A DNA stretch of 64,000 nucleotides, taken from positions 139,006,001 to 139,070,000 of the forward strand of contig NW_024704742.1 in assembly GCF_018977255.1 (NCBI RefSeq). The letters are read 5' to 3'. A program made the position numbers and the translations under genes. This DNA is from Callorhinchus milii. Lineage: Eukaryota. Of this stretch, positions 44,892 through 58,001 are shown piece by piece (the stretch's first letter is position 1; each line of letters opens with the position of its first letter). The notes under the pieces are model-generated. The model did no database searches, had not been told where the DNA came from, and saw only the letters and a list, made by a program, of their open reading frames with translations.

Positions 44892-45524
44892 ACGAGACAG
44901 TAAACTAGACAGTATTCCACAGATGTATGCCATCTACACTTAGAAATTTCCCCACAATTTCCCCAAATGTTTCTATTGGTCCTAGCTATGAGCAATGATT
45001 AGATAAGATAGAGCTCCAGTCTTGAGAGAAGATGATTCAGAGGGGACCTCATAGATGTGCATAACATGTTAAAGAACATTTAAATAGTAACCCCAGAATA
45101 ATACTTTAGGATGCACCAAGGCAGCAGAACAAGAGGACATAGGTTTAGAGTTGTAAAGTGTAAGTTCAGGATAGATGCCAGGAAGTTTTTCTTTACTCAG
45201 ATGGTAATTATTAATAATGATAATAATCTTTACATTTGGTAAGACAGATTTCACATAGGAGGATGTGTCAAAGCATTTCACAAGAGCAAGTGGAGTAACC
45301 AATTTTATTTGGGGGACAATTGGCCAGGACACCGGGAGAAACTCCTTTCTCTTTTCAAATAGTGCCATGGGATCACCCTGAGCAGAGCAGAGAGCCAGCA
45401 GTGTGAGGCAGAAACTGAGTGACGTGGAACAGAGTGGGAATTCTGTTAAGGAATTTGGTGAGAGTGGGAATTCGGTGCAGAGGGGAAAGAGGTGCATAAT
45501 TATAAAATATATAATAGTTATTTG

Positions 45525-46805
45525 ATCGATATAAATGACCTGGGCTGGGGTATAGGGAGTAAAATTTCAAAGTTTGCAGATGATACTAAAATAGGAAAAA
45601 TAGTAAACAGTGAGGAGGATAGTAACAGACTATAAATGGGGATAAACAGACTGGTAACATGGGCTGACACAGGGCAGATGAGGTTTAATGTGGAGAAATG
45701 CAAAGTGATGGAGTTTTTGAGGAAGAATGAGGAGAGGCCATATAAGCTGATGGTACAATCTTAAAGGGGGTGAAGGGACAGAGAGACCTGGGGGTCATAT
45801 AGTAAATCTCTGAAGGTGACCGGACAGGGAGATACAGCTGTTAATAAAGCATCCGGACAAGAGGCTTTATAAATAGGGCATAGAATACACAAGTCAGGAA
45901 GTCACGATGAACCTTTATATAAATCACTGGTGGGGCCTCAGCGAGAGACTGGGCTCAGTTCTGGGCCCCACACTTTAGGAAGGATGTCAAGGCATTGGAG
46001 AGGGAGCGAAGGAGATTGACCAGAATGGTACCAGGAATGAGGGACTTCAGTGATCAGGAGAGGTAGAGAAGTGAGGATTATTCTCCGGGGAACAGAGAAG
46101 GTTAAGAGGAAAATTAATAGAAGTTTTCAAAATGATGAGGGGATTCGATAGGGTGAACAGGAGAGACTATTCCCACTGGCGGTGGGTCGGGAACCCGAGG
46201 GCACCGGTTTAAAATGGTTATTAAAAGAAACAGAGGGGAGGGGAGGAGAAATGTTTTCACACAGTGATTTGTTGGGATCTGCAATGCATTGCCTGAAAGG
46301 CTGAGGGAAGACAATTCCATAACAACTTTTAACAAAGAAATAGATAATTATTTGTGGAGGACAAGTTTGCAGGTCTATGGCGAGAGAGCGGGGGAGTGGG
46401 GTTGATCGGGGCTATGGGGAGAGCGCGGGGGAGTGGGGTTGATCGGGGCTATGGGGAGAGAGCGAGGAGTGGGTTGATCGGGGCTATGGGAGAGAGGGAG
46501 TGGGGTTGATCAGGGGCTGTGGGAGAGAGCGGGGGAGTGGGGTTGATCAGGGCTATGGGAGAGAGGGGGAGTGGGGTTGATCAGGGCTGTGGGGAGAGAG
46601 GGGGAGTGGGGTTGATCAGGGCTGTGGGGAGAGAGGGGGAGTGGGGTTGATCAGGGCTGTGGGGAGAGAGGGGGAGTGGGGTTGATTGGGGCTGTGGGGA
46701 TAGCGCGGGGGAGAGGGGTTGATTTGGAAGCTCTTTTCAAAGAGCCGACACAGACACGATGGGCTGAATGGCTCCTTCTGTGCTGTGTAATTCTATGATT
46801 CTGTG
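45525..46805 (+). mobile_element. CR1 RT-3' fragment with the same ~37-bp minisatellite (46380-46725)
   Basis: ISKFADDTKI, FNVEKCKVM; tail ttctatgattctgtga. Confidence 0.9.
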
Positions 46806-47329
46806 AACACGCAGACGGAACCTCGATTTAATTTCTCTCCCAAAGGCGGCACTTCTGACCGGCAGCACACCCCAGCATTGCATTGGAGTGTCAGTCTAAC
46901 TATTATGAGTTCCAAACCGCAACATGGAGCTGGAACCAACAACCTTGTGACTCAGATAATAATAATAATAATAATCCTTGCATTTGACATAGAGCTTTTC
47001 ACATCTTCTCGACGTCTCAAAGCGCTTCACAGAATATGCTGTAAAGTGAAATGACTATAGTTGTGGGCGAAACATAGCAGCCAATTGCGCACAGCAGCGT
47101 CCCACAAACAGTCATGGATTGAAAATGACCAATTTATTATTGTTTTTTTTACATAAGAACATAAGAAAAAGGAGCAGGAGTAGGCCATTCAGCCCCTCGA
47201 GCCTGTGCCCCACCATTTGATAAGATCATGGCTGATCTTCTAGCCTAATTCCATTTCCCCGCCCTATCACCCATTTTATCCCTTAATCCCTTTAGATTTA
47301 AAAATGTATCAATCTTCTTGGGGTATTAT

Positions 47330-48300
47330 TCACAGAATCATAGAATTGTACAGCACAAAAAGAAGCCATTCGGCCCATCGAGTCTGTGCGACTGTTTGAA
47401 TAGAGCAATGTTATGTCAGTCCCACTCCCGGCCCTTTCCCCATAACCCCCAAACCCGTCTCCTCAAATACCCATCACCGCGTTGTTAAAAGTAGTTATGG
47501 AATCGGCCTCCACCGCCCTTTCAGGCAATGTTCCAGATTCCCACAACGCGCTGCGTGAAGCACTGTCTTCTCCCCTCCCCTCGGCTTCCTTCAGAGACTA
47601 TTCTCAATCTGTGACCTCGAGTCACCAACACTCCCACCAGTGGGAACAGTTTGTCCCTCTTTAACCCATCAAATCCCCTCATGATGTTGAAGACCTCTAT
47701 TAGGTCCTCGTAACCTTCTCTGCTCCAATGAGAATAATCGCGGCCTCTCCGGCCTTTCCTCATCATCACGGTCCCTCATTCCTGGTCCCATCCTCGTAAA
47801 TCTCCTCTGTACCCTTTCCAATGCCTTAACGTCCTTCCTATAGTGTGGGGCCCAGAACTGGGGCAGTATTCTAACTGAGGCCTAACCAGTGTTTATATGG
47901 GTTAATCATCATCTCCTGACTCTTGTACTCTATGCCCCTATTTATAAAGCCCAGTATCCCATATGCCCCTTTACAGCCTTATCTCCCTGTCCTGCCACCT
48001 TCAAGGATCCAGTTACCTGCCCCCCCAGGTCTCTCTGTTCCTTCACCCCCACTTAAGATTGTATTACCGCCTATATTGCCCCTCATTCTTTCTACCAAAA
48101 TGCATTACTTCACATTGAAACTCATCTGCCACGTGTCGCCCATTTTACCATCTGTCTATGTCTTCCTGCAGTCGGCTCCTATCCTTCTCACTGTTTACCC
48201 TCTCCCTAACTTTGTGTCGTCCGCAAACTTGGAAATGGTACTTCCTATACCCAAGTCCAGATCATTTATGTATATTAAGAAGAGCAGTGGTCCTAATACC
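47330..48300 (-). mobile_element. CR1 RT-3' fragment
   Basis: [32 protein letters not shown]; tail agaatcatagaat. Confidence 0.88.
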
Positions 48301-49950
48301 GGAGCCAGAGGAACGGAGGGTACAGGCAGGTAAGTAGGGGGATAGTAGGTCGGAGGGGTAGGAGGGAGCGAGGCCGTGAAGAATGGCCTTGTAGGTGAGG
48401 ATGAGGATCTTGAATTCGATCCTCTGGGGGATGGGGAGCCAGTGGAGGCAAGCGAGGGCGAGGGCGAGGGTGGGAGTGAGGGCGAGGGCGAGGGCAAGGG
48501 TGGGAGTGATGTGGGCGCGAAGCCTGTTGCGGGATAGTACACGAGCTGCAGAGTTCTGAATGACCTGCAGTGTGGAGGGAGGGCCGGGAAGGCCGGCGAG
48601 GAGAGAGTTCCCATAGTCCGGCCTTGAGGTGATAAAGGCGTGGACCAGAGTTTCAGCCGCGTGAGGGGTGAGGTAATGCCGTAGTCTGGCGATGTTCAGG
48701 AGGTGATGGAAAGCAGTGCCAGTTGTGGCGCAGATATGTGGGAGAAAGGACAGCTCAGGGTCGAACAGAACCCCGAGGTTCCTGAACGGCTTTGAGAGTT
48801 AGAGAGTGAAGCCTTGGATGCTGATGCTGTCAGTGCCTGAGTTGCGGAGGCGCTGACGTGAGCCAATCGGGAGGGCCTCAGTTTTGAGCTGAAGAAAGTT
48901 GTCTCTCGTCCGGGACTCGATGTCGGACAGACAGCTGTCAGGACATCGGGGTCGTGGAGTTGAGGGTAGAGGAGGAAAGGTAGAGTTGGGTGTCATCCGC
49001 ATACATGTGGAAGTTAACCCCATGTCTGCGGATGATGTCACCACAGGGGGAGCATATAGAGGGTGAAGAGGAGGGGACCGAGGACAGAGCCCTGAGGGAC
49101 ACCGCACGAGACAGTGCGGGGGGTGGAGGAAAAGCCGTTTGTGGAAACAAAATGAAGATGGTGGGAGAGGTACGACCTAAACCACTCAAGGACAGGGCCT
49201 TGAAGGTTGAGGTGAGAGGACAAGCGGTGGAGTAGGATAGTGTGGTCGACCGTATCGAATGCTGCCGATAGGTCGAGGAGGACGAGGAGGCAGAGGGAGC
49301 CCTGGTCACAGATGGTCAGGATGTCATTGGTGACCTTGACCAGGGCAGTTTCTGTGCTATGGGCAGCACGGAAACCCGACTGAAGGGGTTCGAATAATGA
49401 ATGGGTGGAGAGGAAAGAGCGCAGCTGTGAGGCCACAACTCGTTCCAGGACCTTGGACAGGAAGGGGAGGTTGGAGATGGGCCGGAGATTGATAGCTGCG
49501 ACGCATCAAGAGAGGGTTTTTTCAAGGTGGGAGTGATGGTGGCAGTTTTTAGGGGAATGGGAACAGAGCCACAGGAGAGGGACAGGTTGATGATGTCTGT
49601 GATATGTGGGGCAAGGAGGTGGCGCTGGGAGATAAGGAGTGGAGTGGGGATGGGGTCAAGGGAGCAGGTGGTGGGTTTCAGGGATAGGATGAGTTCAGTG
49701 ACAGAGGGTGGGGAAACGGGTACTAAGGTGTGTAGGGGAGGATGGGTAGGAGTCGGAGTGTGGGAGAGAGGGGGTGGGGGGTGGGTGGATGTTGGAGGGG
49801 AAGTGACTGTGGAGCGGATTCCCTTGATTTTGGATTCAAGGAAATCCAGCGTCTCCTCACATGAAGGTTGGAGGAGATGACTTGCGCGGCGGCGGGGGGG
49901 ACAAGGAGTCGGGATGTGGTAGAAAACAGGGAGGTTTGGAAGCCCTACTT
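48301..49950 (-). mobile_element. L2 LINE RT fragment (young)
   Basis: [22 protein letters not shown]...[13 protein letters not shown]...[17 protein letters not shown]...YADDTQLY. Confidence 0.92.
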
Positions 49951-49995
49951 TTCCCTTTTGTGGGAATGTATTTATTCTGTCCCCGAGCTATTTGT

Positions 49996-50318
49996 GGAGT
50001 CCTGTAGCTCAGTGGTTAGAGCACTCGCTTTGCAAGCGAGAGACCTGAGTTCAATTCCAGGCAGAGGGCGAAACCTCGGACAAGTTTCCTTATTCCACAC
50101 AGAGCCTAATAATAATCCTCCAAAACAAAACAATAATAAATTGGTCATTTTCAACCCACGACTGTTTGTGGGACATTGCTGTGCGCAATTGGCTGCCGCG
50201 TTCGCCCACAAATATACAGTCAATTCACTTTACAGTGTGTTCTGTGAAGCTCTTTGGGACGTCCTCCCGACGTGAAGAGCGCTATATCAAATGCAAAGAT
50301 TATTATTATTATTATTAT
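49996..50318 (+). mobile_element. Full-length tRNA(Ala)-derived SINE
   Basis: Anticodon arm CTCGC-TTTGCAA-GCGAG (TGC), A and B boxes intact. Confidence 0.92.
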
Positions 50319-50356
50319 CTCAGCCTTGAAGACTTCCTACTGCTCTTTAGTTGTTT

Positions 50357-51656
50357 TACCGGCCCATCTCCAACCTCCCCTTCCTGTCCAAGGTCCTGGA
50401 ACGAGTTGTGGCCTCCCAACTGCGCTCTTTCCTCTCCACCCATTCATTATTCGAACCCCTTCAGTCGGGTTTCCGTGCTGCCCATAGCACAGAAACTGCC
50501 CTGGTCAAGGTCACCAATGACATCCTGACCATCTGTGACCAGGGCTCCCTCTGCCTCCTCGTCCTCCTCGACCTATCAGCAGCATTCGATTCGATACAGC
50601 TGTCTGTCTGACATCGAGTCCTGGACGAGAGACAACTTTCTTCAGCTCAATGTGCGCAAAACTGAGGCCCTCCTCATTGGCTCACGTCAGCGTCTCCGCA
50701 CCTCAGGCGCTGACAGCATCAGCATCCAAGGCCGCACTCTCCACCTCTCAAAGCCATCAGGAACCTCGGGGTTCCCCTCGACCCTGAGCTGTCCTTTCTC
50801 CCTCATATCTGCGCCACAACTGGCACCGCCTTCCATCACCTCCGGAATGTCGCCAGACTACGGCACTACCTCACCCCTCACGCGGCTGAAACTCTGGTCC
50901 ACACCTTTATCACCTCAAGGCTCGACTATGGGAACTCTCTCCTCGTCGGCCTTCCCGGCCCTCCCTCCACACTGCAGGTCATTCAGAACTCTGCAGCTCG
51001 TGTACTGTCCCGCACCAGACACCGCGCCCACATCACTCCCACCCTCGCCCTCACCCTCGCCCTCACCCTCGCCCTCGCCCTCACCCTTGTCCTCGCTCGC
51101 CTCCAATGGCTCCCCATCCCCCAGAGGATCGATTTCAAGATCCTCATCCTCACCTACAAGGCCATTCCCAGCCTCGCTCCCTCCTACCTCTCCAACCTAC
51201 TATCCCCCTACCTACCTGCCCATACCCTCCATTCCTCTGGCTCCGGTCTGCTCCTCATCCCCCGCCCCAACCGCCCTACCATCGGTGGCCGGGCCTTCAG
51301 CCTCTCAGCCCCCAGGCTCTGGAACTCTATCCCCTGTGCCTTCGCCGCTTCCTCCCTTTCCTCCTTCAAGGTCGGACTCAAGACCTTTCTCTTTGACTGT
51401 GCCTTCAGCTCCCCTCTCGACTCTCTACCCCTCTTCGCCCACTCCCTTCCCTCACCCTGACCATTTCCCCCCTCCTCGCTCCCTCCCTTCCCTCCCCTCA
51501 CCCTGACCATTTCTCCCCTCCTCATCCCCTCCCTTCCCTCCCCTCACCCTAACCATTTCCCCCAATGCTCGGTTCCTGACCCAACTGTACAGCGCCTTGG
51601 GACGTCCTCCCGATGTGAAAGGCGCTCAATAAATGGAATCTTGTTGTTGTTGTTGT
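50357..51656 (+). mobile_element. L2 LINE, internally deleted across the RT catalytic region; inverted sibling of 48301-49950
   Basis: [16 protein letters not shown]...LDLSAAFD joined to [18 protein letters not shown]; full 3' tail. Confidence 0.92.
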
Positions 51657-52445
51657 TCCAGTCCACCTTGGCTAGGTCCCTTTTTAACTCACTGAAATTT
51701 GCCTTCTTCCAGTTGAATATCTTCACCTTAGATGGTTCCTTGTCTCTTTCCATATGCACTTTGAATCTCATGGAGTCCTGTAGCTCAGTGGTTAGAGCAC
51801 TCACTTTGCAAGTGAGAGACCTGAGTTCAATCCTCGGGGGTTCAGGGCCAAACCTCGGGCAAGTTTCCTTACTCCACACAGAGCCTAATGATAATCCCTC
51901 CAAAAACAATAAATTGGTCATTTTCAATCTACGACTGTTTGTGGGACATTGCTGTGCGCAATTGGCTGCCGCGTTCGCCCACAAATATACAGTCAATTCA
52001 CTTTACAGTGTGTTCTGTGAAGCGCTTTGGGACGTCCTCCCGACGTGAAAAGCGCTATATCAAATGCAACGATTATTATTATTATTAATGATGTTATGAT
52101 CACTATTGCCCAGATGCTCTCCCACTGAAACCTGCTCCTCCACTTATCCTACTTCATTCCCCAGAACTAGATCCGGCACTGCTTCCTTCCCTGTTGGGCT
52201 GGAAATGTACTGATCAACAAAGTTGTCCTGTATGCATTTTAGGAATCTTTCCCCCTCCTTGCCCTTTCCCCTGGTGTTTTGCCCGTCTATATTGGGATAA
52301 TTAAGTCCCCCATTATCACGACTCTATTGGCCTTACGTCTGTCTGAGATCTGCTTGCAGATCTGCTCATCTATTTCCTTCCCACTATTTGGTGGTCTATA
52401 GTATACCCCTACCAGCGTAACAGCTCTTTTTTTGTTCCTTAACTC
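51657..52445 (-). mobile_element. CR1 endonuclease-region fragment split by a SINE
   Basis: VTLVGVYYRPPNS...VVIMGD; FNWKKANFSELKRDLAKVDW. Confidence 0.85.
51772..52086 (+). mobile_element. Full-length tRNA-derived SINE (young)
   Basis: Head, body and tail. Confidence 0.92.
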
Positions 52446-54123
52446 TATTATCAGACATGTGGAGTAAGGAAACTTGCCCAAGGTTTCTCCCGGCCAGGAA
52501 TTGAACCCAAGTCTCTCACTAGCGAGGCGAGTGCACTAACCATTGAGCTACAGGACTCCAGATGTAGTGCTGGAGAATGCTACCAACTGAGCCAGGCTGA
52601 CATCACAGCAAGAAACTCCGGACCCACATTTTACCAGCTCTAGCCCAGCCTCCACCGGCTCCCCATCACCAAACACATCGACTTCAAGATCCTTTCATGC
52701 TCATGTTCAAATCCCTTCACTCTCTAACCCTTCCCTCCCTCCCTGACCCCCTCACTCCCCAATCACCACCCGACGCCTCCGCTCGACTGGCCCCGGCTCC
52801 TGCTCATCCCTCGCACCCTCGGCCCCACCATCAGAGGTCACGCCTTCAGCCACTGCACCCCAAACTCTGGAACACTCTCCCTCAATCCCCCGCCTTGCCT
52901 TCCTTTTAGGCCATGCTTCCAGTCACCTCCCCACCATCCACTCCCCCACCCCCAACCCACCGGCTCGGAGTCATGCCTTTAAACAGCAGCTTGATGTTGC
53001 GATGGGGATGGGGCTGGGTGTTCTGGAAGGATGATAATGTATGGGCTAAAGGGCCTTCTTTATCCAATGCAACCTTGTGACAACCTCACATTGGAGCTTT
53101 TGGCTTGCAGGAGCTGAGTGGGAAGAATCCCTACCCCACTGACCAGTCTGCCCAGCCAGTTTGGCTGATGTGACATCGCTGGTGCTCTGGATGATTGTGA
53201 AGCCGCCTGCCTCAAGAACCAAACTACCAGATTGTACCTGCAGACCTTCCTCTTCGACCATGCCTACAGACACCACCCTTGACTCAGTGCTGTATTCTGC
53301 CATTGATAAGCTGAGATGCTCCCCCCTGTGAAGGACATGGCTGAATATAAATACAAGATGTTGTTATACCGATACTGCCAGAAAGTGATCACTTGATTCC
53401 AATATTCCATTTCCAAAGAGGTCACTTTGGAACCAGTTTAGTTCCATGGACGTCTCACTTACCTCCCCTGAGGAGCATAGCCACTACTAGTTGGTCATTT
53501 GACATCCAAAGATGGTTTGGTTAGGGATGATTCTAGAATACAGAAATGCTCCAAGATGCCATCCAGCACGAAGGGAGCTGTATAAATACAAGTTGTTGTC
53601 GAAGTTTTACATGTGCTTTGTCGGTGATGTTAGCTGCCAGAAACAGCAGTGGGTGCTGTTCGATGTTTTGTTGCTAAAGGTCAGGTTGATCTGCTTCTAT
53701 ATTCAGTCTCTGAAGATGATGATGACAATCAGACCGGTTGTTATTGGATGCTTGGCTCAGAAAGTAGCCCATCCTCTCCCCCCAGATCCATTCCCTTCTT
53801 AATTCTCATTGCTAACAAGTTGCTGTCACTGGCTATCCATATCTGGCTGATGTTTCAGTGTGTTTGGTGGCACAGTTTGAACTCCAGTTTTCAGTAGATT
53901 AACCCCAGATATTGGAGCCAGAATAAAGTGACTGGGAAATGGAAGTTATAAAGTTCACCCCATTTTTACAGAATGTCAAGCCCTATTATGTGACTATTTC
54001 CTTTCAAAGCCGGTTAGCAAGGCTCCATTGTTCCCAGGAGATGTAGCATTCCTTTAAAGCATCTCTCGCGCTGATCTGACATCACTGAGAGCATTGCCCA
54101 GCTCCCAGCATTGAATGCCTGGG

Positions 54124-54621
54124 AACAACAACAACAAAATTATATTTTGTATAACGTCTTTCACATCAGGAGGACATCCCAAGGCTCTGGACACAGTCAG
54201 TGTTTCAGACCCCATCTGGGGGTCGGGATTGGGAGGGTGGGGGGCGGGGGGGGAAGAAGACTAATCAAAAGCACAGTTGAAGAGGAGGGTCTTGAGATAG
54301 GTCTTGAAGAAGGCAAAGGAGGGGGCGAGGGAGGGGGCGAGGCGGAGGGACTGTGGGATGGAGTTGCAGACGGTGGTGGCACAGAGGTGTAGAAGGCCCA
54401 CCCACCAATGGTGGGGAAGGTGAGGTGGGGGGACGTGAAACAGGCTGGAGCCCGCTGAGCAGCGGGAGTGGGCAGGTTGGTAGGGGGGTTAGGAGGTCAA
54501 AGAGGTAGGGGGGAGTGAGGCCATGGAGGGCTTTGAAGGTGAGGACCAGGATCTTGAACTGTATCCTCTATGTGAAAAGAAGTTAGTGGAGTTGGGCGAG
54601 GATGGGGATGATGGGGTTATG
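54124..54621 (-). mobile_element. L2 3' fragment flanked by ~90-bp direct repeats
   Basis: Tail at 54124; flanks 54030-54120 and 54622-54712. Confidence 0.85.
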
Positions 54622-55569
54622 GTTCCAGGAGATGTAGCATTCCTTTGAAGCATCTCCCACACTGATTTAACATCACTGAGAGCATTTGCCCAGCTCCCGG
54701 CACTGAATACCTTTTTTGATTAAAGTGGGGTAAATGCAGAAATAATCTACCCAAACACTATTTCAGTGAGCGAATAGTGACCCTGTGGAACAGGCTCCCT
54801 AAGGAGACGGTTGAAGCAGGAAGTGTTGATTCTTTCAAACACAGATTAGATAGTTTTCTTTTAGGAAATAGCATTATGGGACACGGTACATAGGGAGTTC
54901 GGGACATATGTGCAGGTGGCCGCCATGAAGGTGGAAGGAGAACTAGATGGACCTTGGTCTTATTACGGCTCACATTTTTTATGTTCTTATGTTATGTAAC
55001 CGCTCTGCACACTCACCCTGACTCACCCTTGCAACCACAATCTTAGCAGCCACAATCCACACATGACAGAGCAAAGAGTAGCTACCAAAACAACTCCTTT
55101 CTTCCTAAAAGAGCCTGAATCATTTACCAAAAAGCATGGGACTATCGTCCCTGCTAAACTGTCATGGATGCAAGGGAATGCAACATTTCCTCATTGATCC
55201 GAAGAGGAAACAATCCCACAGGAACAATACAACCACTCGCACTGGCCTGAGGGCAGATGTAAACCAACACTGCTGCTTGACAGATGGACTGACTGGCTGT
55301 GTTTCAGCTCTCCCAGTGGCACCTTTACATTTCTTTATACTTTTGTTTTCGGTCCCACCCACTCTTTTGTGCCTCCTTTCGCTTGTACATTATCTGGTTC
55401 GGTGCTGCAGTCATTCACCTCCTGTGATTAGAGATTGGCCTGGATGTAAAAAACTGCAGGGTGCAGTCATCCATAGGAGGCGGAATGAGGCCATGACTGC
55501 ACCAGCTGGAGACAAGAAACGATCTCAATTAAAAAGCTGCGTCTCTTCCAAAAGAACCCAAACACCATG

Positions 55570-56110
55570 GGAGTCTTGTAGCTCAGTGGAAAGAGCACTC
55601 GCCTCACAAGCAAGAGATCTGGGTTCTACTCCCAGCACGGCGAATGTTGGGCAAGTTTTGTTACTCCACATGTCTCTGTTTACCAAAGCAGTAAGTAGGA
55701 ACCCAGTTGTTAGTCGATTAGAGGATCAATTTTCCAGGGATAATCCGGGAATAATAATCCCTATTGAGTTGATCCTCTATGATAGTCTTGGAAATCCAAG
55801 ATTTCTCAGTAGTCAGAGCACTCGCCTCGCAAGCGAGAGACCTGGGTTCGATTCCCGGACAGGGCAAAGTGTTGGCCAGTTTCCTTATTCCATACACCTC
55901 TGTTTACTTGGCAGTCAGTAGGAACCAGCTTGTTAGTTGATTCTGCGGTAATAATCCCTTCAAAACAATAATAATAATAATATTTGATCACTCAATCCAC
56001 GACTGTTTATGGGACTCTGTTGTGCACAATTGGCTGCCGTGTTGTGCCCACAAAATATACATTCAATTCACTTTACAGTATATTCTGTGAAGCGCTTTTA
56101 TATGTCTCGA
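55570..56110 (+). mobile_element. Two tandem SINE copies (5' half plus near-complete, older subfamily)
   Basis: ggagtcttgtagctcagtgg head at 55570; second head at ~55806. Confidence 0.8.
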
Positions 56111-56225
56111 AGATTGGAAAACCAATAGAGTAATGCTAATGGGAGATGTCAATTATCCTAACATAGACTGACAACATAACAGTGTAAAGGGCAAGGAGGG
56201 GGAGGATTCCTGAAATGTGCACAGG

Positions 56226-57497
56226 AGAACATAAGAACATAAGCATTAGGAGCAGGAGTCGGCCATTCAGCCCCTCGAGCCTGTGCCCCGCCATTCGCTA
56301 AGATCACGGCTGATCTTCAGACCTGACTCTAATTACCCGCCCTCTCCCCATAGCCCCTAATGCCTCTGTTGTTTAAACGTCTGTCAGTCTCAGCCTTGAA
56401 GCTGTTCGAGGACTGACATCTACAGCCTTCGGGGGAGTGGATTCCATAAAGTCACTGCTCTCTGAGTGAAGAAATGTTTCCTCAACTCTGTTCTAAAAGG
56501 CTGACCCTTAATTTTCGGACTGTGATCCCTGGTTATAGATTCTCCCACCGGGGAAACAGACCCTTTATCAGCCCTTTAGGAATCTTATATGTTTCAATAA
56601 GATCTCCCCTAATTCTTCAGTACTCTGGAGAATACAGCCCCAGTTTATTCAGCCTCTCCTCATAGGTCAGTCCCCTCATCCCAGGCACTAACCGAGTGAA
56701 TCTACGCTGCACCCCCTCGAGGGCAAGTGTGTCCTTTTATAAATAAGGAGATCAAAACTGCACACAATACTCTCGGTGCGGTCTCACCAAAGCCCTATAC
56801 AGTTGCAGTCAGACTTCCCGACTCTTGTACTCTAAACCTTTGGCAATGAACGCTAACTGCCGTTCGCCTTAGTTGCTGCTGCACTGCAAACTAACTTTTT
56901 GAGACTGGTGTACACGGACACCCAAATCCCTCTGAACACTAACACTATCTAATCTCTCCCCCTCTAGAAAATAATCTGTTTTTCTATTTTTTCTACCCGG
57001 ATGAATAACCTCACACTTACCCACATTAAATTCCATCTGCCACCTCCTCGCCCACTCCCCTCGCCTGTCTATATCCCGCTGCAATCTTTTTGCATCATCC
57101 TCAGAGCTCACTCTCCCACCGAGTTTCGTGTCATCCGCAAATTTAGATACGTTACATTCAATGTCCTCGTCCGGATCATTGGTATAAATTGTAAATAGCT
57201 GAGGCCCAAACACTGATCCTGTGGCACTCCTCTAGTCACCTCCTGCCAATTTGAGAATGACCCGTTTATCCCTACTCTCTGTTTTCTACCCGTTGGCCAC
57301 TCTTCAATCCATGTTAATATGTTCCCATTAATCCCGTGGGCCTTAACCTTGTGCAATAGCCTTTTGTGTGGCACTTTGTCAGATGCCTTTTTAAATCTAA
57401 ATATACTACACCAACTGGTTCCCCCCTCTCTAACCTGCAGATACATCTTCAAAACACTCTAAAAGATTAGTGAAGCGTGACTTCCCTTTTGTAAAGC
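56226..57497 (-). mobile_element. CR1 RT-3' fragment, sibling of 31078-32991, nested in the host CR1
   Basis: FTIYTND...VSKFADDTKLGG, FNVGKCEVIH; same tail and 3' UTR as the 31078 copy. Confidence 0.92.
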
Positions 57498-58001
57498 TTT
57501 CTGGATCAGTATACTTCCAGCCCAACGAGGAAGGAAGCAGTGCTGGATCTAGTTCTGGGGTATGAAGTGGGGCAAGTGGAGCAGGTTTCAGTAGGAGAGC
57601 GTCTGGACAACAGTGAGACAACATCATTAGGTTTAGAGTACTTATGGAAAGGTGAGCAATCAAAGGTGAAATACTCAACTGGAAGAGGCTAATTTCAGTG
57701 AGTTAAACAGGGAGCTCGTCAAGGTCGACTGGAAAGAAAGATTGGCAGGTAAACAGCAACAACAACTTAGATTTATATAGCGCTCTCCATGCCGGACGGC
57801 GGCTCAGAGCTTCACAGTAACGGATCCCGGGATCCAGTAAAACAGTAAAATTAAAAGTTAATTATAATCAGGTTCAAAATACAGAAGATAATCAAATGGA
57901 ATAGAGACAGTAAAGAGGAGAACTGAGAAAGGAAATAAGAGGGGGCAAAGAGACTGTGTGAGGAAAGATTAGCGGGTAACATAAAAGGGAACCCTAAGGT
58001 G

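Noticed and set aside
49996..50070. tRNA-Ala gene
   Set aside because: tRNA-like head of a multi-copy SINE; no proper acceptor stem and continuous with the SINE body
50535..51506. 323-aa ORF and other P/S-rich or G/E/R-rich ORFs across the window
   Set aside because: Off-frame or antisense readings of C-rich L2 sequence; no intact LINE ORF2 exists in the window
55011..55030. Two tandem minus-strand gtgagt donors
   Set aside because: No convincing upstream acceptor, ORF or promoter; cannot support an alternative exon
55136..55921. 261-aa plus-strand ORF
   Set aside because: Runs through two SINE copies; no recognisable homology
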